From Octopus bimaculoides (lineage: Eukaryota): DNA of 64,000 nt. The notes under the pieces were generated by a model, which was not told where the DNA came from, ran no database searches, and saw only the letters and a program-made list of their open reading frames with translations. Location: the NCBI RefSeq assembly GCF_001194135.2, contig NC_068983.1, positions 88,268,679 through 88,332,678 on the forward strand, read 5' to 3'. This document shows, piece by piece, positions 11,377-23,229 of this stretch. The translations under genes and the position numbers were made by a program. Position 1 is the first letter of the stretch. Each line of letters begins with the position of its first letter.

Positions 11377-12343
11377 NNNNNNNNNNNNNNNNNNNNNNNN
11401 NNNNNNNNNNNNNNNNNNNNNNNNNNNNNNNNNNNNNNNNNNNNNNNNNNNNNNNNNNNNNNNNNNNNNNNNNNNNNNNNNNNNNNNNNNNNNNNNNNNN
11501 NNNNNNNNNNNNNNNNNNNNNNNNNNNNNNNNNNNNNNNNNNNNNNNNNNNNNNNNNNNNNNNNNNNNNNNNNNNNNNNNNNNNNNNNNNNNNNNNNNNN
11601 NNNNNNNNNNNNNNNNNNNNNNNNNNNNNNNNNNNNNNNNNNNNNNNNNNNNNNNNNNNNNNNNNNNNNNNNNNNNNNNNNNNNNNNNNNNNNNNNNNNN
11701 NNNNNNNNNNNNNNNNNNNNNNNNNNNNNNNNNNNNNNNNNNNNNNNNNNNNNNNNNNNNNNNNNNNNNNNNNNNNNNNNNNNNNNNNNNNNNNNNNNNN
11801 NNNNNNNNNNNNNNNNNNNNNNNNNNNNNNNNNNNNNNNNNNNNNNNNNNNNNNNNNNNNNNNNNNNNNNNNNNNNNNNNNNNNNNNNNNNNNNNNNNNN
11901 NNNNNNNNNNNNNNNNNNNNNNNNNNNNNNNNNNNNNNNNNNNNNNNNNNNNNNNNNNNNNNNNNNNNNNNNNNNNNNNNNNNNNNNNNNNNNNNNNNNN
12001 NNNNNNNNNNNNNNNNNNNNNNNNNNNNNNNNNNNNNNNNNNNNNNNNNNNNNNNNNNNNNNNNNNNNNNNNNNNNNNNNNNNNNNNNNNNNNNNNNNNN
12101 NNNNNNNNNNNNNNNNNNNNNNNNNNNNNNNNNNNNNNNNNNNNNNNNNNNNATATATATACATATACATATACATATATATATATTGATTGATTGATTG
12201 ATTGATTGGCCGATGATTAACTGACTGACTGGCTGACTGACTGATGAATGTTGTATTTACAAACATAAGAAAAAACACAAAATACTTCAAGTATGTTTAT
12301 TAGAAGATGAATTTTCTCGAATCAACTTTTATGATCAATGCAG

Positions 12344-12563
12344 ACAATCTTCGAGTGCTGTATTTTATTGCTGAAACAGCACCTGTTAAATGACAGTAAC
12401 AAAAATACATACATCAATCAAGTACTCAAAAACGAAATGAACAGCACCCTGTGAGTTCACAGTGAACTCCCTCAAGAAACACTTCCTGATAGCCAGCTAT
12501 ATGACACCAGAAGTGCTGGGCTTGCACATCTCACTCTGCATACTACAAGAAGGTTATCCATAG
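12344..12563 (+). other. Candidate host-gene exon (ambiguous frame; donors at 12451 and 12564)
   Basis: Unique non-repetitive sequence; acceptor tgatcaatgcag| at 12343; donors CT|gtgagt (12451) and AG|gtatgt (12564). One frame is open throughout except a single TGA at 12452-12454. Confidence 0.35.
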
Positions 12564-13289
12564 GTATGTTTCTCATAAACTAGAAAAGGATGACAATGTT
12601 AACATATAGCTTCTCTTGGACTTGTGGCTAGTCTCTATCTACCCTTTCCAACTAATTGAGTATTTACAACAACCATTGTTTCTTTTCCCTCAACAACAGA
12701 AAGTATCTACTCCTATCTCCCCTTTTTCTTCCCTCTCTCTTCTTTTCTTTACTCCTGACAACCTTATACGATTCCCACTCCCAAATATTTGACCCCATCT
12801 TTTCCTTTTCTTACTTCTTGACTGTTTTATTTCATCAAACATTTGTTTTTCTATTGTGTTCTGGTTTCACCATTCATTTTAACTCACATGTAACATGAGT
12901 AAACTTAGAAATTCCAAGCAATAATGTAACCTTCATGTAATTAAGGTATTCCCAGCCTCAGGATTTGCTAAGTTGAGCTATCTTCTGCTCTTGGATTGAA
13001 AAAGTATAGCCTTCAAGTTATGACATGATGTAGTGGCCACAAGTAGCTATAAAATATCTCATGAACAAATGGGAAAGCGATGCCTTTAAAACCCAAGGTG
13101 CAATCAGAAATGTTAATTATGTCACTTTTCTGTGAAAGACATAGCACATGTAATTTAGCAGCTTCCCAAAACTGTCATCAAGGTAGCACTTCCCAATGTG
13201 ATATGACATTTTTGGTTAAAACAATATACAATACCATGTGATATAAAAACTGCCCTGTCATAAATATAGAGACTCCTCCTTTTATTGAA

Positions 13290-13515
13290 TCTGTTATCTT
13301 TTATTTGTTTCAGTCATTAAACTACAGCCATGCTGGGGCACCACCTTGAAGAATATTTTTAATCAAATGTATTGACCCCAGTACTCATTTTTTTTAAAGC
13401 CTGTAACTTATTCTATTGATCTTTTTTGCTGAACAACTAAGTTACAGGAACACAAACAGACCAGCACTGGTTATCAAGCAGTAGGGTTGGGGCTGGACAA
13501 ACACACACACACACA
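13290..13515 (-). mobile_element. SINE family B, 3' module
   Basis: ttacttgtttcagtcatt...catgctggggcaccacc...cttttttgctgaacaactaagtta; matches 26700-26900. Confidence 0.75.
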
Positions 13516-13519
13516 CACG

Positions 13520-14038
13520 TATATAGAAGTGCCTCACAGAGGCAATGACTGATGACCGAGACCTTTGGCAATGTGCTATGCCTGAGAGGACCCGTCAGGC
13601 CAAGTGGACCTGTGCTGGTGGCATGTAAACGACACCTTTTAAGTGTTGGGCTTCACAGAGGCAAAGTGGCTGAGTTCCTTTCGAGTGTTGGGCTTCATGG
13701 AGGTAATGACTGAGACCTTTGGCATTATGTCATGCTTCAGAAGAAGACCCATCAAGCCGAGCAAAAACATAGTTGTAGCAGATACTGTTGTCATGCAAAT
13801 TGGCACCCATGCCAGTGGCATGTAAAAGTACCCTGGTGTCACACAAATGGCACCCATGCTGGTGGCACATAAAAGCACCCATTACATTCTTGGAGTGGTT
13901 GGCATTAGGAAGGGCATCCAGCTGTAGAAAACCATGCCAAATCAGACTGAAGTCTGGGGCAGCCTTCCAGTGTGCCAGCCAGGTCAAACTGTCCAACCCA
14001 TGCCAGCATGGACAACAGACATTAAATGATGATGATGT
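13520..14038 (+). mobile_element. RTE LINE 3' end (about 520 bp)
   Basis: cacagaggcaatgactgatgaccgagacctttggcaatgtgctatg through to ccatgccagcatggacaacagacattaaatgatgatgatg. Confidence 0.88.
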
Positions 14039-14749
14039 GTATATAACGGGTTTCATTCAGTATTTTGATTGCAAATTTTCTTTACTTTATAAATGCCCAT
14101 TCTTTTAACATAATTGTATTTCATCTTATTGCTCTACTTCACGTTTTCTATTGTAGATGTCCAAGCTTCATTTATGTTCCATGTCTTGCCAGTATTCTTC
14201 TCATGTGCATGCCGTATGTATACTGATACATAGACACAATAGGAATATTTGATAAACTATAGTAATATATGATACAATGATATGAAACCAATGTAAAACA
14301 TGCTATCTTAGAGATAGCATGTTCCCACTAGTACACACACACACACACATAGTAGATGTAAGCATGAAACCTTGCCACAGCACTCAGCTATAGCCCAGAG
14401 TTAACCAAAGCCTTGTGAGTGAGATTTGGTGGATGGGAACTAGAGAGTTCTCAACGAGATAGTTCTAGCTTCAGTCCCACAGCATGGCATCTTGTGCAAA
14501 GCCTTGCGAGTGGATTTGGTAGGAATGTGTATACGTGAATGAGTGTGTATATGTGAATGTGTGTGTGTGTGTGTCTTTGCATTTAACACCCACATCTGCA
14601 TAACAATGGTGTTGGTTTGTTTGCGTCCATGTAACTTAACTGTTCAGCAAAAGAGATCAATAGAGTAAGTACCAGGCTTTAAAAAAATATGCACTGGAGT
14701 TGAATCATTCAGCTAAAACCTTTTCAAGGCAGTACCCTAGTATTGCTAC

Positions 14750-14820
14750 GGAAGAAGAAGAAGAAGAAGAAGAAGAAGAACAACAACAACAACAACCACG
14801 ACGACTACAACAACAACAAT
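14750..14820. repeat. Compound (GAA)n-(CAA)n microsatellite
   Basis: Directly visible; produces the spurious poly-E/poly-Q ORF 14700..14927. Confidence 0.95.
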
Positions 14821-14934
14821 TCTTTCTTTTAAAGGCACAAAACCTGAAATTTTGTGGTAGAGAGACAGTTGATTACATCAACCCCACTGCTCAGCTGGAA
14901 CTTATTACACTGAGCCTGAAAGGATAAAAACAAA

Positions 14935-16285
14935 TGACACAGTCCTCACTCCCACACCAGACATTCTGGATACTCTCCATCTCAAACATCTGGACCCTCT
15001 GATAGATATCAGGGATCTCCAAATCCCTGACAGAGACACAACCTTGACTGCAACCAGTGATGATGTGGCTGCTGCCATGAGATTCTTCTCTATGAGCAGC
15101 AATGGCCAGTGATCCAGTCACCTTAAAGATTTAATCTCGCCACACTCTACCAAGATGGGTTTACACTTGCTCTGATCCATCACCAGTTTGACAGACTTAT
15201 TTCTAACCAACCTGATTGTACTGAAGAAGGACGGAAGCATCCATCCTACAGCAGTGGGAAATGTCTTTTGTCATCTTGTGGCTAGGTTAGCTTGTAGATC
15301 AGTCAGCAGTGACCTGAATGAGGTGTTCAGCCATGTCTAGCTGGAGGTGGAACTCAAGTGTAGATGTGAGGTTGTTGCCCATGCTGCCAGAAACTTCATA
15401 CAACACACATCTCCCTCATCACCTTGTCTCCTAATGAAACTGGATTTTAAAAATCTAGGACGATATCAGATGCAAGTTCACCCTCTAGCAGCTTGAGACA
15501 TGACTAAATCAGTACCATCTTGCCTGCCTCCATTCTGATTCACAGACAAATAGCGTTGCACGGCTCAATTTGGTGCCCCCCCTCATCTACTTGTACCCTT
15601 CTAGATAATGAGTGCATCCATATTACAGTACCTCAATACCTTAGTTTCTGCCTGTGTGAGCTGTGCAAATGTCAATGCAAAATGGCAGTAGACAAATTTG
15701 GTCTGCATCCTTTATCATGCAGCCTTAGTGAAGGCCGACTCCCTTGACACACCACTCTGGATGATATAATGAGAAAGGGCTTTGATGCAGCTAGCTTCCT
15801 GTCTCAACTTGAGCCAGCAGGCCTTGACCACAGGGATGGTAAGCGACCCAATAGGATAACACTCTTCCCATTAGAGGGAGGCAGATCTCTAGTCTGGGAT
15901 GCAACGTGCAGTGACATGCTCCCTGGCTCCATCCTTACAGCATCAACTCCAAACCCAGTTGTCGCCGCCTGTAACATGTAGGAGAGAAAAATCAGCAAGT
16001 ACAGGAAGCTGGCCGGCCACTGTCAGTTTGTGCTGGTCGCCGTCAAGACGTAAGGTGTTCTCATTCCCCATATTACCGATTCCTTCCGCAAAGTAGGGAT
16101 AACGGTGGCCCGTGGGTAAAACGAGCCCCATTAGGTGGAGTGGCTACAGCTGCTGCAGTGAGTGCCGCTGTGCAGCAACACCATCGCAGTCATTACTGCG
16201 GGATGCGGTTGAGCACACCATTCGTTCTGGGATATGTGACACATCGCTCCTTCTCCTTCTGTCATCCGTTGCGTTACCCTCCCCA
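14935..16285 (+). mobile_element. CRE-clade non-LTR retrotransposon (RT N-terminal part, Zn knuckle, restriction-like endonuclease), internally deleted
   Basis: DTVLTPTPDILDTLHLKH...DVAAAMRFF...HLKDLI; IVLKKDGSIHPTAVGNVFCHLVARLAC...HAARNF...LMKLDFKN (RT); CQCKMAVDKFGLHPLSC (Zn knuckle); LEPAGLDHRDGKRPNRITLFPLEGGRSLVWDATCSD...KISKYRKL...FVLVAVKT*GV (PD-(D/E)xK RLE). Confidence 0.88.
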
Positions 16286-17305
16286 NNNNNNNNNNNNNNN
16301 NNNNNNNNNNNNNNNNNNNNNNNNNNNNNNNNNNNNNNNNNNNNNNNNNNNNNNNNNNNNNNNNNNNNNNNNNNNNNNNNNNNNNNNNNNNNNNNNNNNN
16401 NNNNNNNNNNNNNNNNNNNNNNNNNNNNNNNNNNNNNNNNNNNNNNNNNNNNNNNNNNNNNNNNNNNNNNNNNNNNNNNNNNNNNNNNNNNNNNNNNNNN
16501 NNNNNNNNNNNNNNNNNNNNNNNNNNNNNNNNNNNNNNNNNNNNNNNNNNNNNNNNNNNNNNNNNNNNNNNNNNNNNNNNNNNNNNNNNNNNNNNNNNNN
16601 NNNNNNNNNNNNNNNNNNNNNNNNNNNNNNNNNNNNNNNNNNNNNNNNNNNNNNNNNNNNNNNNNNNNNNNNNNNNNNNNNNNNNNNNNNNNNNNNNNNN
16701 NNNNNNNNNNNNNNNNNNNNNNNNNNNNNNNNNNNNNNNNNNNNNNNNNNNNNNNNNNNNNNNNNNNNNNNNNNNNNNNNNNNNNNNNNNNNNNNNNNNN
16801 NNNNNNNNNNNNNNNNNNNNNNNNNNNNNNNNNNNNNNNNNNNNNNNNNNNNNNNNNNNNNNNNNNNNNNNNNNNNNNNNNNNNNNNNNNNNNNNNNNNN
16901 NNNNNNNNNNNNNNNNNNNNNNNNNNNNNNNNNNNNNNNNNNNNNNNNNNNNNNNNNNNNNNNNNNNNNNNNNNNNNNNNNNNNNNNNNNNNNNNNNNNN
17001 NNNNNNNNNNNNNNNNNNNNNNNNNNNNNNNNNNNNNNNNNNNNNNNNNNNNNNNNNNNNNNNNNNNNNNNNNNNNNNNNNNNNNNNNNNNNNNNNNNNN
17101 NNNNNNNNNNNNNNNNNNNNNNNNNNNNNNNNNNNNNNNNNNNNNNNNNNNNNNNNNNNNNNNNNNNNNNNNNNNNNNNNNNNNNNNNNNNNNNNNNNNN
17201 NNNNNNNNNNNNNNNNNNNNNNNNNNNNNNNNNNNNNNNNTTCTTTACCTCCGCCTACATATCTGTGTACATACCTGTGTGTATATACATATATACTTAC
17301 ACGAT

Positions 17306-17354
<49 letters not shown>

Positions 17355-17439
17355 GTGTGTGTACATTTACATATATACATGCAACTTCATTAATGCTGCT
17401 TATTGTCACTTTTTTATATTTTGTGTTTATATCTTTACT

Positions 17440-18330
17440 TAATCGTTTATTAGACTGCGACATTTTTTAAAACCTGTTCGGTAATGTTTCGATACAGGAA
17501 ATCGAAATAAAGAAGCACCTGAATGAAGCGATTCCAGTTTTCTTCAATGATACTGTCCTACAGGGAAGAACACGTAGCTTATAACAGAGTTAGTTGTACA
17601 CGTACACACAATAAACAAAGTCAACAGAATATACAATACTGAAAGTAGAGATATTTATATTACACTTTTTTACAAACTGAAAATTTCACAATGGTTGCTA
17701 CGACTTAATTGTTTTCAATCGGAGATGATAATCTCAGAATAACTTATTTGTGAAGGTTTCCAATATAATACACACACAAACACGCGTTGTTATGTGTGTA
17801 TATGCAAAATATACTATGTATGCTTCTCTATGTGCGTGTATGGTTACTCTTTCTTGTCTTTGGAGAGTTGTTAGTCCGCACATACATACCTTTCTATGTG
17901 GATCTGTTTATTATACTGATCATCTAACGAGAGAATTTCTATGTTATTGCTCGACCTATGAGAAATAACGGCCATATGTCCATCAAATCACACAGTTTTG
18001 TCTTGAAAAGATACATATTGTATAATTGTTTCTGATTTAGGTATAAAGCCAGTTGAGGGGAGGAGTTATTCGATGTCTCGCTCCCGGCAGTCTGAGATAA
18101 AAAAAAATAAAAAACTGGCTGTCCATTAGTGAAATGTCTTTTATCGCAGGCTTGTTGGACCAGAGCTAACCTGGGTCTAAACAAAAACTGTTGATCACTA
18201 TTCTATTTCTTACCTTAGCAACGCATTTCTCTGAAGTGCAATCGTAAAAATAGTTACGAAAGTATTTACTTCTAAATCGACTGCTCTGTTATAATATACA
18301 AACATCATCATTCAACGTCCGTTTTCTATG
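17440..18330. promoter_or_regulatory. CpG-rich, mostly unique block; probable unmethylated promoter or gene-boundary region
   Basis: About 27 CpGs counted by eye in roughly 890 bp, against near absence in flanking unique DNA. Function is inferred from invertebrate gene-body methylation patterns. Confidence 0.45.
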
Positions 18331-19559
18331 CTGGCAAGGGTTGAACTCCTGAAACAATATTGTTTTATTTAAAACACCCTTCTAAATCTGTGCTAGTTTC
18401 TTTTTGCCTGTATAAAGGCCTTTATTTACTTACTATATAAACGTGCTTTTGCTTATTCTCACCTGAACGAAATAAAGATCCATGCAACAGGAAAACAACT
18501 ATAACAAATATGGTACATATCTTTTCTCACATGCTCCATCATTTGGAAAACAGTTATGATAGTTTATTGTGCTGATTTTGTGGTTGCCTGAATAGAGTTG
18601 ATAAACTATAGAAAAATCTATAATTTATCACGTAATAAGAATATCGCATTGCTGACACACAAAAAAAAAATAATAAAACACAAGATTGTAAATCTTTAAT
18701 ATACATGGTAGTATATTATGGTTGCAAAATGAAATACTGTCCTTGCTAGTAATTAATATGGTTCCACGTCGAAAACATTGTCTGCTTGTCATTTACATGG
18801 TATTTAGGTATTGTTATACTACCCTGCTACAAGAACAGGCATATGTTTTTACATTGGTTTATTATTTGGGTCCATTTAGTGAGCTGTGGTCATAATGGGG
18901 CCCTATCATCTTTACAAAATTCTGTCATAACTTCAGTGCTCCAGAGTATTTGTAATTGCTGCTGAAATTCTGTAATTTTTTCCCTTAAAATATTGTGTCT
19001 AATAACACAGAAGCTTCTTTCACCCTGATATAGCAACCAAACCATTTTTCTACAATTCCCCTTACTGTTTTTTTACTATAAGGAAGATAACTTCTATCTA
19101 GTCATTCAATCTCCCTCATTAAACTCACTGTTGTGAAAACCTGAATATTTACAATCCTAAATCATTAGACTGCAGTATTTCTCACAGTAATCAGATAAGA
19201 TATTATCTATATTGAGCTACTGAGAGAGTGATGTAACTGCCAATATCTCTCAACAAACTCTGCACCATGTTTCAAATGCAGACTGCATGTTCTAAATATT
19301 AGAACGGCATGTGTCACAAGAATGACAGCAGGAACTACATGTTGCATACCTCCTCATGTCTTTTAACTTCAGATCTTTAGATTTATCATTCTGAATAGAA
19401 CATTTTATTCTAACAGCTGAGAATTAGCTACTTTATCATCTGGAAATATTATCTGTGACAGATCAGCATACTATCAAGAGTAGATGTAGCTCTCATCTAT
19501 TCAACAACAGGAAAATGGAGGTAAACAAGTGGCTCCTTAAAACCCCTTCAGATGTTTGA

Positions 19560-19761
19560 CCCTTTCATAGCCTAATTTTTAAAGAGATATATTTGTGTAT
19601 ATAAAATAATTTTGAAAAATAATCAAGAATAGGAAAGGATTTAATAAAATTATGTTTCTCATCATTAAGTTGGTGTTTTATGTTAGTAGATTTCAACTTC
19701 AATATCAACACTTTAGATTCCATTTTGCATGACAGAGCAAGGGTCAGTTGTATCTAAAGGG
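19560..19761. mobile_element. piggyBac-type MITE
   Basis: Starts tt(g)a|CCCTTT and ends AAAGGG|ttaa (TTAA-type target); AT-rich non-coding interior. Confidence 0.6.
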
Positions 19762-19989
19762 TTAAAAACTTATATTGACTGTAAAGCTAGAATGACCAGT
19801 GTGGGTTTGATACAAACCAACATACTGGACATTTGTTTAAACATCGTTTGCCAGAGTTCTGACTTGGTCTATAGCGTTCTTTCAACAATTTTTTTGTAAT
19901 GCTTCGTTGTGTCTGTAGAATTAGTAAATAACAACATCAGTATAGCACTTTAAGATCTAATTATATTTCATATCTAGTTTGCATTTTAT

Positions 19990-20760
19990 ATCATCATCAT
20001 CATCGTTTAACATCTGTTTTCCATGCTAGCATGGGTTGGACTGTTTCACTGAGGTCTGGAGAGCCAGCGGCTGCACCAGGCGTCAATCTGATCTGGCAAT
20101 CTTTCTACAGCTGGATGCCCTTCCTAACGTCAACCACTCTGAGAATGTAGCGGGTGCTTTTTACATGCCACCAGCACAGGAGTCGGTCAGACAGGCCTGA
20201 ATAGTGCTTTTTACGTGCCACTGGCACGGGAGCCAGTCAGGGGGTACTGGCATTGGCCACGTTTGGATTGTGCTTTTTACATGCCACCGGCATGGGAGCC
20301 AGTCAGGTAGATCTGGCATTGACCACATTCAGATGGTGTTTTTAACATGCTACCTGCACGGGAGCCAGTCAGGGGGCACTGGCCACAGCTAGAATATTGG
20401 TTTTACTTGGCTCAACAGGTCTTCTCAAGCTTATCATATCACATGATGCATCAGAGGTACTCTTAACTGGGCCGGACATGCTTGGCTGTGATCTCACTTT
20501 AGTTGCTGAGTCTTCTCAATCACAGCATATCTCCAAAGGTCTTGGTCTCCTCTCATTGCCTCTGTGAGGCCCAATGTTTGAAGGTCATGCTTCACCATCT
20601 CATCCTATGTCTTCCTGTCTACCTCTTCCACAGGTTCCTTCCACAGTTAGGAAGTGGGTAACACATGACCATACCAGCGTAGTCTTGCTCACCACATTTG
20701 ATGCTTTTTATGCCCAACTTTTCTCTCAGGGTGCTTACACTCTGTTGTACATGCACACTG
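19990..20760 (-). mobile_element. RTE LINE 3' end (ORF C-terminus plus tandem-repeat 3'UTR)
   Basis: Paralogous to 52900-53660; includes the GRGRPRKTW-type ORF end and four ~60-bp UTR repeats. Confidence 0.9.
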
Positions 20761-21118
20761 ACAATATATATATATAAAAACAAATAGTAAATGAGTATAT
20801 GCATATATACGTACAGGTATGCGCATACTGACATCCACCTGTATGTATAGGTGCATATCTGGGTACAGGACATTGCAAACAAAACGTAGACGAGAAAACA
20901 CACAAGCCACATAGAGAACATTCTTCATCAGCTACCCCTGTTTTAACACCGGCGTTTCGAAGAGCTGGGCAGGACGCATCGTTAAAACGGCTCTTCCCAT
21001 GGACCGCAAATTAAATTTGTATACACAAATTAAATCTTGCCATGGAGGAATGTAGTGGCGGACAAAAAGCAAGACAGGAAAACAAACAGAAAAGGCTTTA
21101 TGGCCAGACGAGAAAAAT

Positions 21119-21152
<34 letters not shown>

Positions 21153-21154
21153 CA

Positions 21155-22049
21155 CTAGCTGACGTACCTGGTAATTCTCAGAAAAGTGGGGCTTATCCTT
21201 GGTTCTGTTCTCATAATTGTTTCGCTAATCCAATAACAATACAAAGTATGTAGCCCTTAAAATGGTTTTTGTGCATTTACAGAGAATACCGAACTGGATC
21301 TGGTATTTAGGAATTCCCAATAAGTTATGAATACCCAAATTGTGAAGTCAGTTATGTAAAAACATGAAATTAGTTACCCGATAGTAAGAATTCAAATAAA
21401 GTAGGCCCGGAAAGGGCTTTAATGCATTCCTAGAGTATATAGTACATAGGAGGAAATACCAATAAAGTATGTTTACTAAAATCGTGAAGCATGTTAATTA
21501 GATATGAGATAATAACAATTCGAAGTAAATAACTCTGAAAAGGGCCTTTGTGCATTCCCAGAGAATATTACCCTCAGGGACGCTAGTGTTGGTATATTCA
21601 TAAATAAGTCATTACTGAAATAAGTGGATCTTTTGTTTAAGAAAATACTATTTACTTGTTTAAGGGTTGTACTGGATAAATTGCAAAAATAACTCTAACA
21701 GTTCAAATACTAAGAAATAAGCACACTCAATTTCATTTTTATCAAATAATTTAGGAAAATGAATGGGTTATTTCCCTTAGCTATATATAAGGATCCCTTC
21801 CAGGGGCGAATGGATTATTTTCCTTGGTTTTTAAAATAAAATATATTAAATATATATATATATATATAAGGATCCCTTCCAGGGGCCCTATTATCGGTTT
21901 TTTTTTTTTCAGCAATCTGAGTATGCCATGAGGTTTCCAGACATGAGTTCTACTCACGTGTCATGTTTCATCAAAATTGATAAACAATGTAGGAGGAGTT
22001 TGCTAACACACCCACAGATTTCCCACATATGTAGTATATATATATAGAT
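21155..22049 (+). mobile_element. Non-autonomous Helentron/DINE-1(HINE)-like element with internal tandem repeats
   Basis: Begins ctagctgacgtacc, ends tttcatcaaaattg...gaggagttt...acacacccacagat...gtagtatatatatagat; three diverged ~130-150-bp internal units starting tgcatt(t/c). Confidence 0.55.
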
Positions 22050-22924
22050 ATAGATATATATACACACATATATGCATACATTCATATATACACACACTCA
22101 TGAAATTTGTTGAGAAAATATGACATTATTGTCTATTAAAAGAAACTGAAGAAATGAAGTTTTATAAATATTCTTATACACCAGCAATGTGGTAGGGTCA
22201 TGATATGCATGCATTGTTATATTTGTTTGTGTTTTAAGTAGCATCAAATTCTTTCATTGTTAAAAGCCTGCTCATGTTTTAAATGGATATCCTGGTTCTA
22301 TCACAATTTAATAGTTTCAGTTTCACAGTCTTGGATCAAATTTTACTAGAATATATTTCTAGCAAAATTCATATAACTACACCCAATATTTGTTACTTTT
22401 TCTTCCTTTGTCTGAAGATTGATAACCATGTATGTGCATATATCTATCTATTTGTCTGTGTGTGTATGTGTTTATACACACACACATCCATATTGTTTTC
22501 AAAGAATTTTAATATGAGACCATGTGTTGAATCCAAACTAGTTAGTCAGAAATTTCCCATCACACTACTATAACCTTTCCACTGATTTTAAATTCTCCAA
22601 TTGATTTTCTATATGTTATCAAGCATGTATGTTGTTGTCATGTTACTGTTTTGTTTTCACTGAGTCTTTTTATTTTCTTTTGATTTGATTATGTTTCTTC
22701 TTGTTGGTACCAACATAAAACCATATGTGTTTGTGTGAGCATATAATTTGTAGGCTGTTTGTTTGTGATTTCTATCTGTGTGCTTGACTTTAGTTGAGTT
22801 TAGTCTTATTTTTATGGCATATATTGTTTATTTGAAGTAAATGTTAAATATAAAAGATTCATACAAATACAAAGAAACATGAGAGGTGAGAAAGGGAAAG
22901 AAAGAAAAGGGGAAAAAAGAAAGA

Positions 22925-23115
22925 AAAAAGGTGGAGGGGAAGAGGCGATGGGCCACATGTCCTCGAACAAGTGGGGTGCTCAGCTGTGCCCTGCAGTGAT
23001 GACTGCTATGGTGTTGCTGCAGAGAATGGCCAGCAACGCTTCTTACTGCACCAGCCATTCCACCTTGCGGGACTCATTTCTCTGGGTCACCGTTATCCCT
23101 ATTTTATCCTCATTC
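22925..23115 (-). mobile_element. 3' tail of the CRE-clade element (second copy, inverted relative to 16100-16285)
   Basis: Reverse complement aligns to 16100-16270 (HHRSHYCGMRLSTPFVLG versus HHSSHHCRAQLSTPLVRG in the ORF track). Confidence 0.85.
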
Positions 23116-23229
23116 TTCTGATACTGTAATGGTGACTATTACTTGTAGGGTGTTGTTACTTCTCTCATTCTTTCTACTGAAGGTATGTGTGACGTCAAAA
23201 TATGCTTCACTCTTTCTCTGTAACTTGAT

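Noticed and set aside
7277-12290. Long ORFs 7277-7879, 7306-7827, 8530-9207, 11280-12290 (also 16112-17470, 34447-34838, 60955-61445)
   Set aside because: They run through N gaps and (CA)/(TA)/(CT) microsatellites; artefacts.
14700-14927. Poly-E/poly-Q ORF
   Set aside because: Translation of a (GAA)n(CAA)n tract between two SINE pieces.
20930-21010. Minus-strand gctcttc-GAAAC-gccggtg...CTGATGA arrangement suggesting a type II or permuted hammerhead
   Set aside because: I could not assemble stems I and II around an intact core; at best a decayed motif in a repeat.
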